The notes under the pieces are model-generated. The model saw only the letters and a program-made list of their open reading frames with translations. It searched no databases and was not told the DNA's origin. Positions 26,021 through 38,600 of a DNA stretch of 64,000 nt are shown here, one piece after another (the first letter of the stretch is position 1; the number at the start of each line of letters is the position of its first letter). The stretch lies in NCBI RefSeq assembly GCF_009834535.1, contig NC_045697.1, positions 64,854,001-64,918,000 on the forward strand, in the 5' to 3' direction. Position numbers and translations under genes: made by a program. This DNA is from Camelus ferus. Taxonomy: Eukaryota.

Positions 26021-26034
26021 GAAGTACGAGGCCA

Positions 26035-26212
26035 AGATAAACAAATTCATACTATATAGCACAGGGAAATATATTCAATATCTTATAGTAACTTGTGAAA
26101 AAGAATATGAAAATCAATATATGTGTGTTTATATGTGACTGAAGCATTATGCTACATACCAGAAATTGAGACGACATTCTAACTACACTTGTGACTATAC
26201 TTCAGAAAAAAA
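26035..26212 (+). mobile_element. Short L1 3'-terminal fragment
   Basis: AGATAAACAA...TATAGCACAGGGAAATATATTCAATATCTT...GACTATACTTCAGAAAAAAAA is paralogous to 25840-26010. Confidence 0.88.
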
Positions 26213-27174
26213 ATTATATATATATAATTAAATAAATATATATAAATTTTCATATAGTCTATTTCATAAAATAACCATAATGTTCTTTCAAATGAAGATT
26301 ATGGGAAAGTAAATGTTCTTACTTTTAAAATAAGTTTTTCTAGTCTCTGTATCATTTATCAATCCATCAGCATCATTTTTCCACAATAACATTCTCTTAA
26401 GTAAAATCTCCTACTTAATAATTCAAAAGAATATAACTTTCTTAATGCTTCTTTGGCCTTCTTTTTCAACACATGTTAATTTATATTTTCGAAATGTTAT
26501 TACAGTTTTAAACCAGTATTGGGTGTGCACTGATAATATAATCACAATAGCATTTGAGAGAAAGTGTCTAGAGGAACAGTTGGGAAGATGAAAATGTTGA
26601 CATTTTAGGACTAGATTGTGTAACATATAGAAATGTAGAATGTATAGAAATATACAGGATGTATTACATGTGAAGTTTATAGAAAGGTTATCTCCTCTGT
26701 TTCTAAATCTAAAACTTTGCTCCTTCTCTCTCATATTGTTTTTCATTTGGCTTGAAAATAGAAACAACTTTCAGGTAACAGTGGTCACAGCTGTAAATGT
26801 AGAGAATTTCAAACAATTGCTTTCAGTGACCTTTCCTGATTCACAGTTCTGTGTTTCTTGATTTTATAAATCAACTTAAAGTAAAATTTATACAAGTTCT
26901 GTGGTATGATATTCCATAGTTACGCTTTAAAGAATATTTGAGGTTAACCGTCTTCCCCCAAATCTAAGTGTAATGACTTCTGATTTAAAAATCTCTGTAG
27001 ATATAGGCTTTCATATACATATGCCGTTGATTTGCTCACTTTATTTCTGTTTTTTTAATTTTCCATTTTTTGGAAAATAAGTTTATTTTAATTTTATGTG
27101 TTGAAAATAAATTTTAATAAAAATGTTTTCCTGGGTAGTAACTTGTAATTGTGTTGCACATTGCCACATACGAT

Positions 27175-27370
27175 ACCATTCACTCTTTCATCTAATCTTT
27201 ATCACAGTCCTGTGAGATGAAGAGGAAATGGTTATATCCCCATTTTACGTTTTAGAAAACTGGGCCTCACAGTCATTAGGGACATAAAGTTAAAAGCTGA
27301 GTTAAATTTCATTTAAAACTGAGGACTTGTAGCTAGGTCTAGTTGGATTCTAACAGGCTTATGCTCAATG
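27175..27370 (-). mobile_element. MIR relic
   Basis: TCATCTAATCTTTATCACAGTCCTGTGAG...TATCCCCATTTTACGTTTTAGAAAACTGGGCCTCA. Confidence 0.6.
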
Positions 27371-30053
27371 AAACAGAGTATGATACTTGACGTATTTTTT
27401 TTCTTTCGATTAATTCAACTTAAATAACAGCTACTAAATGCTTACTAGGTTAAAGTACTGTGAAGAGTAAAACAGTTGTATAATATAGGTTAAAATAAAA
27501 TATAGGAAATGCATGATGTTACAAGTTGTAACAACATTACTAACCCATAAGAAAACATTTTTAATAGGAACTAGTGATGGAAACCAGATTTCAGGAATCA
27601 AGGAATAAGGGGTAGTAGGTAAGGGTATTGAAGCATCTGGTGAGGACTGTCCTCTGGAGAGATTAAAGATTTGGGTTGGGTAAAGATGATGCAGTGACTA
27701 AGAATACATGCACAACAGAAGGACAACATACAAATGCGGGGTGAATTGAACACTTTTGCTGAAAAAAACATGTAAGAACAACAAGCAAAAGTGATTGAGA
27801 ATTAACAGAGTTGAGAACCCAATAAAACAAGTAAATTGGTTAGCCTGGAAAAATATTCAAGTAAAGGAAATACGAAAGAAGCAAAACAGTTTTTCCTTAA
27901 GAATAAAAGTTTAGGGTCTTCATTTTGTAAGATACTCATTTCTCAGCAAGTGACAGAACTTTCCTTTTTTCCATAATTTGGTATTTTTGAGTTATGGAAA
28001 AGGGATTGACAAAGAATATGATAAAGTTCTTAAAATGTGAATTTAAAAATTGCTGTAAAGTATTAATAAGAATTTTTGATGGAGTGAGTCAATACAGTCT
28101 TTCTATACTTTCAAACAGTAAGTAGCAACCTATGAACAGTGGTACATATATATGCAAAGGGTAAGCATGAAATACCAAACTGGACAAGCTGGTCTCAAGA
28201 ATGGCCACTTTACGTTTTTTTCATGAGGTGGAAAAGAAGCTGGAAACACAAACATCTTTGTGCTTATGGAAATGGAGTTTTTAGAAAAAAGGTGACAGGA
28301 AGCTAAACTGGAGAAGAAGGCAAACCAGTGCTACCAGCATTAGCCAGGAGCTTAGAGTTCTTTCAGTGAGCTAGCAGTTCTCCTGAGCCTACTCTATACC
28401 AAGCCTCCAAAGGAAGAAGGGAGAAAGTTATCATGGCCACAACCACCAGAGCCAGCAGGGAGACAGAGGCTTGTCTCACCTCCTTTTGCTCAGTGTCACA
28501 CAACTGAACATTGCAGAACTGGACCAGCAGCCTGGCTCTAGAGTCTCTGCTCTTAATACTGTAATTTTTGCCTTAGTGTAGATCAACAGTATTTGTTTTA
28601 TAAGTGCAGTACTTGTTTTTAAAAATCTTAAACGGTGGTTTGAGAATTATTTTCATTGTATTCTATTTTTTTGCATTTTTGTATATTATTTATGTTTTTT
28701 CCTCAAAAATGAAGACATAAGTACAAGCTGGCATCTTGCTTTGAACTGGTACAATTCTGTTCCTAAATTCAAGTGGTTACCAAAATATGTGAAAATTGTG
28801 CATATCTTATTTTGACTGACTGTTTTCTTACTTTAGAAGTGAGATTCTTCAGTTTTATTTCTATGATACCAGAAATTCAGCAGATTCTCTCAAGTGTCAG
28901 AAATTCAGTTAATCACCTAATGTTTAATCTACACTTTATCAAATAACCAGATCTAATGCTTAATTTAGCTGAATAAATGCATTGATACTTTGCATCTCAG
29001 TCTCATACTTCAGATATTTTTAACAAATAAAACCCAGGGAATATAATTTTCCTTATTTTTTTCATTATTATTTTGCTTGTTATTCTTTTTTCCTGCAATA
29101 AAAGTAAAACAAAAACAATAGAAAGTTACGATAAAACATAAGAACCACTCTGTAAAAATATACAATTTCCTCACTAGAATAAAAATGAAATTAATAGTTT
29201 ATCTGATTAATTTATACAGTGCTTACAAATTTCCAAAAACAATTTTGAAGAGTTCTAAAATTAGACTTAATTGTGCTAATTATGGGAAATTTAGTGGGTC
29301 ACAATGAGGAAAAAAGTAAGAGATAAAGTGATGTCTGAAGAATGAATGAAAATCTCTTAGATTTGGGTAAAATTCAGTTGCTGTGTGTTTTTGTTGTTGT
29401 TGTTTTACATGCTGTATTTATGACTTTTGGTACATAATCTTTTTTTTTATATTCTTTGAAAACAATCAATGGCAGTAAGTTATTTTTCTTTTATATAAAA
29501 TATTACATTAGAGGAATTGGCGTAGTATTAATATCCTATTTCTTACACAGAAGAACAGATGTCTTAGTCATTGCTGTTTTACTACATTTTCAAAACCCTT
29601 TGTTTATATTTATTGATAGTCTTCAAAGATGGTTTTGTGTTATGTGTTGACTCTGTGATAATATGAAATAATGAAATAGTCATCCATTTTCCTCAAACTT
29701 TTTGATATGTTGACATTATATATAAAAGTGAGGACATTTCCCTTTGGATAAACTGAGCAAAATCTGTTGTTCAATTATTTTATTTTTAAAAAGTTAATAC
29801 ATTGATTAAAAATGAATACTAATCAAATAAAATATATGAAATTATGGCATTGTAAGTCTGATGGACCTTGCTTTTCAAATGGTTTAGTGTATGTTATAGT
29901 TTAATTGTAGTTTGGTTGTTTTAAATTTGAAATGTGTATCTTTCATAGATGCAGATTCAGATATGATAGGCTAGCTTCCTAGCCTAATTCAGATAATTCT
30001 GTTTCACTTATTAATACAATTGCTGATATTAATTCTAAGACTTATTACTTAAC

Positions 30054-30093
30054 TGTATTAGAGTTCTCCAGACAAACAGAACCAATAATACAA

Positions 30094-30138
<45 letters not shown>

Positions 30139-30562
30139 CTGTTCTGTGTATAAATTTATTATAAGGTATTTGCTCATGCAATTATGAAAGCTGAGGAGTT
30201 CCACAATCTGCCTTATGTTAAGCCGAAGAACCAAGAAAATCAGTGGTGTAGTTCAGAGTTCGGGGAGCCAGAGAGCTGATGGTGTAGATTCCAGTCTGAG
30301 TCTGAAATCCTGAGAACCAGGAGCACAGAGGGCAGGAAAAGGTCCCATCTCAACCAGCCAGCCAGTTAGTTAATCCTCCCTTTCTCCACCTTTTTGTTCT
30401 ATTCAGGCTCACAGCAAATTGGGTGATGCCCGCTCGCACTGGGGAGAGCAAACTGCTTTGCTCAGTCTATAGATTCAAATGCTAATTTCTTCTAGAAACA
30501 CCCTCGCAGACACATCCAGAAATAATGACTAACCAGATATGTGGGCACCCTATAATCCAGTT
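30054..30562 (-). mobile_element. MLT2-family (ERVL) LTR with internal (CA)n
   Basis: TGTATTAGAGTTCTCCAGACAAACAGAACCAATA...GATTCAAATGCTAATTTCTTCTAGAAACACCCTCGCAGACACATCCAGAAATAATG is the typical antisense MLT2. The far terminus is missing. Confidence 0.88.
30096..30139. repeat. (CA)n microsatellite
   Basis: Direct reading; one CG interruption. Confidence 0.95.
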
Positions 30563-30831
30563 CCTTTGGTGCTAGATAGTAAGTATTGTTAATTCACAGA
30601 AAATTACAGGAACTGAGCTGATAAAGATAAATATGTCACTTTCCAACGTAAAATACATGTTCATTTTTGAATATTTATGTTGTTTTTATTGTCAAATAAT
30701 AACAGAAACTCACTGAAGTAAATAAAACAGCAGAAGGAAAGTGATGTTACTGTTTTCTTTTTCATGCATAATCATAAGAGGCTTAAGCCATTATTCATAG
30801 GACACATGTAGCTGTAGAGCAGCCATCTGGC

Positions 30832-31024
30832 TCCGGGTGCCAGGTAAAATGCAAGACGTCCAGCTAAAGTTGAATTTCAGGTGAAACACAAAGAGTATTT
30901 AAGCATAAATGTGTCCCCAGTATTGTATGGGAGATAGTTATTCTTAAAAAATTATTTATTGTTTATCTGAAATTCAAAGCTGGCTGTGCCTCTGCATTTT
31001 TATTTGCTAAATCCGGCAATCCTA
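30832..31024. mobile_element. MER53 palindromic hAT MITE with 8-bp TSD
   Basis: TIRs GGGTGCCAG / CCGGCAATCCTA. Internal inverted arms TTGAATTTCAG / CTGAAATTCAA. TSD CATCTGGC (30824-30831) / CATGTGGC (31025-31032). Confidence 0.88.
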
Positions 31025-31606
31025 CATGTGGCCAGATGCTCCCTAGCCCTTCCCATACTTGTCCCATCACTCTGCCAGACAGGTTTTGTTGAGAAGTGAA
31101 GGACAGAGAAAAGAAGGGCAACTTTGAAGTCTTTAAAATGGTAAAAGCCAAAATGACTGCTCTCTTGGCTTTTCAAAGGGAGGGGCTGGGACTGCTGTAA
31201 GACATAGTTCAGTATATGCTAAGTTTACCTCCAGACCCTTTTAAGCCCCACTGTCTGCCTCTCAGGCCTTCTCTTTGCTGCCCAGAAACTGAACAACTAG
31301 GGACAAATCCCTTGCATTGTCTAGACTCAGTTTCCCCATCTGCTGAACATCACTATTCTTAAGTGTTAGAAAATGAAACAGGTGATGTGATGTGACTGAC
31401 TTCTCTAGATATGGTGGTTGGTCCACACCTCACTGATGCTTTCTAACAGAAACCCGGATAACTAGAAGAAAGCAGCCAGTTGTGTGGGCGGAGGAGGAAG
31501 GGGGAAAGAGATTGTATCTGCAACTACAGATGAAGTAGAGAAGATGAGGGCCTGATGGTACCGCACATAAAAAATTTTAATGGCGACAGAGGATTCCATA
31601 CTGACC

Positions 31607-31826
31607 TTTTTTTTTTTTAAGTTCAACTTTACTGAGGTATAATTGACAAAATTGTTAGATATATAAATTGTACATTGTGATGATTCAATATATATATACA
31701 TTGTGAAATTATTCCCCCATCTAGTTAATCCATCATTTAACATATGTATATTCTGTGTGTGTGTTTTTGTGTCAGAACATTTAAGTTCTACTCTTTTAGC
31801 AAATTTCAATTATATTTAATACAATG
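31607..31826 (-). mobile_element. L1 3'-end fragment (L1MA9-like)
   Basis: Poly-T followed by CAACTTTACTGAGGTATAATTGACA...AGAACATTTAAGTTCTACTCTTTTAGCAAATTTCAA. Confidence 0.85.
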
Positions 31827-33929
31827 TTTCATGTCTTAGTGGACAGGGAAGGCTTTTGGGAAAAGGTAGGGTTAGCAAAACTCCTTACAGAACAAAGGAG
31901 ATGAATAAAAATACATTCCTTGTGGTACCTTCATCTAAGCAAAACTCTGATGTGAAAATACAAGGGATTCACCTTGAAGAACTAACACCACTGATATAAG
32001 CTGAGGGTGTGTATAGGCAATTGGATGGGGTTACGTCAGGAATATACTCTTGGTTTTAACTATAGAAGGCACTGGACAACAAACTATGGAGTTTAAATTT
32101 TAAATGTTCAGTACCAAAGAAAATTAGGTAACCTGCATGACCAAAAACATCAAGACCCAAATATTAGATAGGAGTTTTTTTTTTTTTCTTTTTAATAGTA
32201 GTAACAGCCTAAGTTACAGTGGTTGCAGTGAGATAGAAGGGCATATGTGAGAATATTTTGATAGAAAAATCAGTAGGGCTATCCTCAGGATCTGGTAAGG
32301 CAAGGCAAAAGACCAAACATGACTTGATGGAAGTTTTGAGTCTAAATGTCTGGGGAAAACAGTACACTCTTAACTGAAATAGAGAAGTCAGAAACAGGTT
32401 AGACTGGAGAATGATGAGATCAGGTTTCACCCTTTGAAACAAGACATTCAATGAGGTGTATCAGCAATGAGTTAAATATTTGGACTGAGAAAGCATGAGA
32501 GAAGTATAGAGTGAAAATAAAATTTGGAAAAGTGAACATTAAGGTAACTGATGTTCTTTTCCTACCGTTTTAATTTGCGTTAATGAGTTGTTCAGCACCA
32601 GTTAAATCAACCCTTTCTGAAAAGAGCTACTGTGTAAAGAAAGGGACAGTAAAACACTAGTTGACTGAAGTCGGAGCTAATGTGCAGAACAATAATACAG
32701 CTGAATGACTGCTTCTTTCTGTGTCTATCCATCTGGATGCCGCCTGCTGTGCTTGACTTGGCACATATGACAGGCAGGGTGACGGGGCCAAAATAAATGA
32801 AGTTCGTGGTCTGATTTTAGCAATGGTTTCATTTCTGTTCATAAGCACGTATTATTTACATTTTTATAGAATTGGCAAAGAAGGTAAGCCCACTGAAGCA
32901 CTTATTTTGATTTGAATAGAAAAGGAATTTATTGTAAAATCTGTTTTAACTTTGTTTGCCTCATTGTGTCCTCCCTAAAATGGGGATAATTATGTTACCT
33001 GCTATAGTCACTGCGTTGTCACTATAAATAACCCACTAGATCATAATATGATTGGAGTTCATTTTTCAAGATTTAAATGACACTAACTTCATTCTATTTA
33101 TGTGCTCTTTCTCTGTGTGCTTCTAATCTAACCCATATTTCATAGTTGATAAAAATAGTCATCATATTTTAGTATTGCTTAACTAGAAACTAACCTTTTC
33201 CTTAAATAAATAAGGACAATGGAAAAAGCAGAAATCCAAAGATATTTTGAAAGATTTCATAAACATATTATGTTTAAAATAAGAACATGAATACATTAAT
33301 AAAATGTCTCTGAAGAAGTAGCATGTGATAATCTAGAAGTTAATAAAGTATTATGATAAAAGAAGTGTTCCTTATATTTATTATGCTCCATGTGTAGCTA
33401 TTAAAAGATTTAAAGTGAATATGGACTCAACACAAAATTGCATGAATGAAAGTTGTGCAGAAAGTGTGGGAAAACTTATTATTATAAAATTGCTCATTCA
33501 GTGCTAGAAATACCTTTTTTTTTTGGTTCATTGGGACCCTGGTATTTTTCTCTTCTCAACCAGCTGTTTAGCTATTTTGTCTTAGTAAAATTGACTACAT
33601 TTTTTCTATGACTATCTTACTATTATATACCCAGAACACTTTATAAACAAAAAAAAGCTAAAAACGCTTTCAGTAATTTCATGGTTATTAAACATTCCAA
33701 AATGTTCTATCTGAAAAATGGAGTATTCAGCTACATTAATCTTGCCAAGCTATTGAAACCAGTTTCTGTGTATTCTTTGCTCTAAGGTATTTAGCTTATT
33801 GGAGGCTGGGTTAGTGGCTGAATGTGACTGGCCACTTGGATTTATTCCTTATTGGCATGTGAAATAAACTGTTACCCCTCTAATGGTATTAATTTTAAAT
33901 ATCCCATTATGTGCTCCTAGTGAACATAG

Positions 33930-34120
33930 CTGGGCAGTTTAAAAGTTCAGTTTTGGGAATAGACAGACCTGTTAGTCTTGTATCTGCCACTTAAATAGCA
34001 GGGATCACCTATTTGACTTGCTTCTTCTAACCCAAGTCTCAACTGTTAATATGTGATTAAATGAGATAAATTTGCATAATAGTTGGGGCAGAGTAAATGA
34101 TCATTAAAAAGCAGGTATTC
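33930..34120 (+). mobile_element. MIR relic
   Basis: AGACAGACCTG...TCTGCCACTTA...GTGATTAAATGAGATAA. Confidence 0.55.
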
Positions 34121-35529
34121 CTTAAAGAGAAGCTTTATCAGTGGCCACTACTTTATTATGCAGACATGCTTTCATTGGTTAACTTCTTTTGTTTTTGAGA
34201 ATAACTTTTTGTTGCTGTTTCACAAATAGATAACACAAGCACAAAATCAGTCCTGACTGTTATCATCTATGTTAGTTTTGAAGACACAATTAGTTAAGAA
34301 GCCTCATGTTTATCCATTTGTTTAAAACAATAAAGTCTCAATTCGGTTGTCTGTTTCTTTCATAAGCCCTGGAAAATTCTCACAATTATATTACTGCTTT
34401 ACCATTTTAGATTCGTAACATTTTATTGTTTTTATCTTAATAAAAGCCTTTTAGATCTGATCTACAAACACCTATGTTATATCAATAAATATAGAATTTT
34501 ACAAGTCTATTTAAGTAAGGATAATCAAATACAAAACACACGGTACAGATATTTATGACAATACTGATTTCCTTAGTACGTGCATTACGATAATCAAAGA
34601 AAAAAATTAACTTTTCAACAGGGTCTCTGTTGGTTATAAGCCAGGGCCTGTGGTTACTGGTGGTTATTTTGTCTTTTGGTGTGAAAGAAGATATGTGGAA
34701 AATTTTGAACCACTCACAAATTCCACCTGAACTACTTGAGTTAGAAGTTAGCCTCACAAACTCAGGAAAAGTCTCTGTCTCAGGAAATAGCTCGTGTCTG
34801 TCATGTTCCCACTAATTTATACCCTCTCCACTGATAACAATGTATTGCAATAGCCAAATGTGTGCATCCATGTCTCTTCATGTCATTTGTATATGCCATA
34901 GGTTGAGAATTATTGATATTGCCTGTTGCTCAAGATTCTCATCTTTAACCATGTTGAACATTTTAGTACCAGAAACCTATAATATTTCATATATACTAAG
35001 GCTGTCCTAGAGGTGCAGTGGACACAGGGAATTTATATTTTGAACATTGTCTCAATCATAGGGAAAATGTATCTTGAGTGCCTTTTGAAACCTAACTCTC
35101 CTTTCTCCTGTTGATCAGTTTTTCAGTTCTCTTCATTTTCACTTATTCGTTAATTTATTAAAAATTAAGTACCTACTAGACACAAATTTTGAAAAGAGCA
35201 GTCATTTCGGTAAGGAAGCCATAGGTTATAGAGAGAGTGCTATAGGAACATATGTTTGTTACACAGTATGGCAAAAATAATACTAGAAAGACATATACTA
35301 TGGAATTCTCCACCAGAGACTACTCACCAAACCTAGAGGGAATTTAGGGGTATAAGGAATATTTCTGGTAATCGGGGAGGCCTGATTTGAAATTCATAGG
35401 ACCTAGCTAGTTAACAAGAGGAAAGTGCATTCTAGATGGAAGGAAGAATTTGAACAAAACTATAGCACTGAGAAATCTCACCATGTATAAATGCCTCTAG
35501 TGTTTACCAGATTTAACTCTGCAGAAGCT

Positions 35530-35665
35530 AACTAATCTTTGTTGATTTAAATTTTCTCATCTGTTAAATAAAGGTAATCTCATAAAGTTGTTGTGAGGAT
35601 TAAATGAGGTAAATTGTTTAAATGGTTTGGGTTAGTGTCTAATGCATAATAAAGACCTAACATTT
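35530..35665 (+). mobile_element. MIR core relic
   Basis: TTTTCTCATCTGTTAAAT...CTCATAAAGTTGTTGTGAGGATTAAATGAG. Confidence 0.7.
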
Positions 35666-36960
35666 TTTGAACCCTTACTTTGTGCCTACAACTGTAAGTG
35701 CTTTGTATAAGTTTCACACTGTAGACTTCAAGCTTAACCGCTAGATGTTAATTGGTATTTTGTACAGCAGTGGTATATTTAAGCAAAGTGGATGCTAACA
35801 TTAATGTGAATTTTCAACTATTAAGACAAAGTACATGTAAGTACTCAAGCTATCCAATAACTGTGTTGTTACTGGTCGATAATTAGAAGTGAATTGTACA
35901 TTATAGATGAGAGTCAACAAAGTTGAATACTGCAGATACTTAGCCATAATGGTAAGGTTGACTCTGTATTAAAAATATTTTATTTATAATATGAGATGTT
36001 AATATTTCCATTGACAAACTAAAACAAGTTTGTCAGTAGATATATTAGGAAATACCATATTAAGAACCAAACAAAATAACTTCTTAGTAAAGCTAGGTAC
36101 TATTTTCTTGCCTCAATTACATAGCACAATCAAATAAAACATTGACTTGTATATCATTTTTGACAGTTACGTATTTCCTCCTATTTATTTCCTCCTCTTC
36201 CTTCGTTCTTGCCATTCTACATAGAGTATACTGTAAATTATTTTTGTGAATGAATCATCATAGAACTTTTTTTTGGTATTGTAGGTAGGTCACTAGATTG
36301 TAATTCCCAAATGGTCTTTTGTGTGCCTTTTAAACATTGGGAAAAAGCCTTTTCTAGTCATCTAAATTCAACTACTCACCCACAAGTACTTATCTATAAA
36401 ATACTAATTGCTGGGAGAGTTCCTCTTTCCAGTTCTTTAGCACTCTCAGGTGGATGGGTTTTCAACTGACCCACAACTGTTAAGCTTGCTTAAGTAGTCC
36501 CCAAGTATTTTGTCCCCATTTTAATTGCTGTTGCTGTGCTTACCCTAAGTGAATAAAGTGAAGTTTGGCAGGGATGACTGCCTTGAAGTGCAATCTAGGT
36601 GAAAATAGCTATTGTATATATGATGGTTCAATAACAAATGACACCTGGAAGAAATAACAGGGTCATAATTAAATACAATCTAAATTTGAGGGAGACACAC
36701 GTTTCTGTTGTGTCTAACAGTGCCTATGAAAATGGCATGTAGAGATAAAGCTTACCCCTGCAAATCAAAACCCAGATTTTAAGACCACTTAAGAACAAGA
36801 TATTAGAAATTAAAAAGTGTTCAAAAGGAAGGAGCATAAAATATTTGTGATTAGAAAATACTAGCGTTAAAGGAACCTAGAGGAATGTGAACAATTAAGG
36901 TTTTAGAGAAGCTTTAGTCTATGATGAAGGAACTGCCTTTAAAGAACTCTTACTGTCCTT

Positions 36961-37205
36961 GTAGCCTAGTGGAGGAGAATGGGCTTTGGAGAAGGTGAGC
37001 CTGGCTTGAAATTCCAGCTCTGCACTTAATAGCTGTGTACTGTTGATCTTATATACATTTCTAAATCTCTCAGTCTTTTCACTTATAAAATGAGAAAACC
37101 ATTATATATATAAATATATATATATATAATATATATATATCATGAGGTTATTGTAAAGATTAAATGAACTAATATATGACAAGAACTTTGTACAGTGCCC
37201 AGTAT
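36961..37205 (+). mobile_element. MIR SINE with internal (TA)n expansion (37102-37140)
   Basis: GGCTTTGGAG...CCTGGCTTGAAATTCCAGCTCTGCACTTAATAGCTGTGT...TAAAATGAG...GTTATTGTAAAGATTAAATGA. Confidence 0.8.
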
Positions 37206-38314
37206 TTAATTGTTACACTGGTAATAATGTTAATGGTAACAACTAGTAATAACTAATTAAAAACTACTCCTACAGAATATGTTAATCAGCTACATCCTTC
37301 TAAATAGCTTCAAACAAAAATTTACTCATATTAAGCCTATAACACTCTTACTTTTTTTTATCTATTTCTCTGTTAGTGGAGAAATGGGAACAAAAATAAA
37401 AGACAGTGACACTGACTTATTGTTCTGTTTCTAGAATCTGAGTGCCTGATTCTGACCAGAGACTTCATAAATATTTGTGGACTAAGGGAAAAAAAGAATG
37501 ATATTTGAATAATCTAAGACTAGATTAGTTTAGGGAAATGATTGGTATTGAGAATGTTGATTTATTCTCTAGATTTTAAGGGTTCTTTTGAGTTATTCCA
37601 CCAAGTTAATCATTTGCGATTTTGTTTAGTTTAAAAATAATTTTCTTTATGTGTTGCATGTAAGAGTGGCAAGGGGACCATATATCTCTATCTGGTGTGT
37701 TCTGAGTGTATAACTCACATCTTTATTTTATATAATCAATTGACTAAGAGAGAGGAAATGTTTCCCAGACGTTATTTTTGGAAAATGTAGTAATGAGCAT
37801 AGATAACAGTGTTTGTATAGAAAGACAGAGACTTTTCCTTATATATATAGAATTTCTTGGGCCCAGCACTCTCTACATTGAAATGTGTCTTACTCTAATT
37901 CCGTCTCTCTCCCTCACTCTCACACTCTGTCTCTCTCTCTGTCTCCCGCATTGCATTTGTCATGTGATAAGAGAAGTGACAAGCGGTTTTCAGACGTACC
38001 TGAGTATAAATTCTCTGTCACCTATTGCTGTATTTTAATTATTTCCTCTTTAAAATGCCAAAAGTGCCCACCCAGTTGTGAGCATTTTAAAATAATATGT
38101 GCAAAGTACCTTGGATGTAGTAGATGATCATTAAATATTGTTTCATGTAAGTAAATGTTTCCCTGATAGTAGTAACATTTTTGGCTACTCAGGCAAACAC
38201 CAAGGCCTCTATAATTATGTGAAAAGCAAGAGAATATACTGTATACCAAGAGAATTTTCTAATAAAATTAACTTTTTGTACTTAAAATTATTTTGGACAA
38301 ATTATTCTAAACCA

Positions 38315-38357
38315 AAAGAAAGAAAGAGAGAGAGAGAGAGGGAAAGAAAGAAAGAAT
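38315..38357. repeat. (GA)n/(GAAA)n purine-rich simple repeat
   Basis: Direct reading. Confidence 0.85.
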
Positions 38358-38473
38358 AAATCAAGGAATCTTGAAAAGAAGCAGAATAACTAGTATAATG
38401 TATTTTGAACAGTTATCATCCAACTCAAGTTAATCAATACTTGTATATTACCAGACTTATGATAGTGAGGCAA

Positions 38474-38600
38474 TTCATTCATGTGTTTATTCTGCCAACA
38501 AGAATTTATTGAGAGCCTACCATATGCTAGGCATTGTTAACATGCTTGGGAAATATGAGTGAACAAAATAGACCTGCACTGAGGAAAGTTACATTCAGGA
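38474..38600 (-). mobile_element. L2 LINE 3'-end relic
   Basis: TTCATTCA...CAACAAGAATTTATTGAGAGCCTACCATATGCTAGGCATTGTT...GTGAACAAAATAGAC. Confidence 0.7.
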
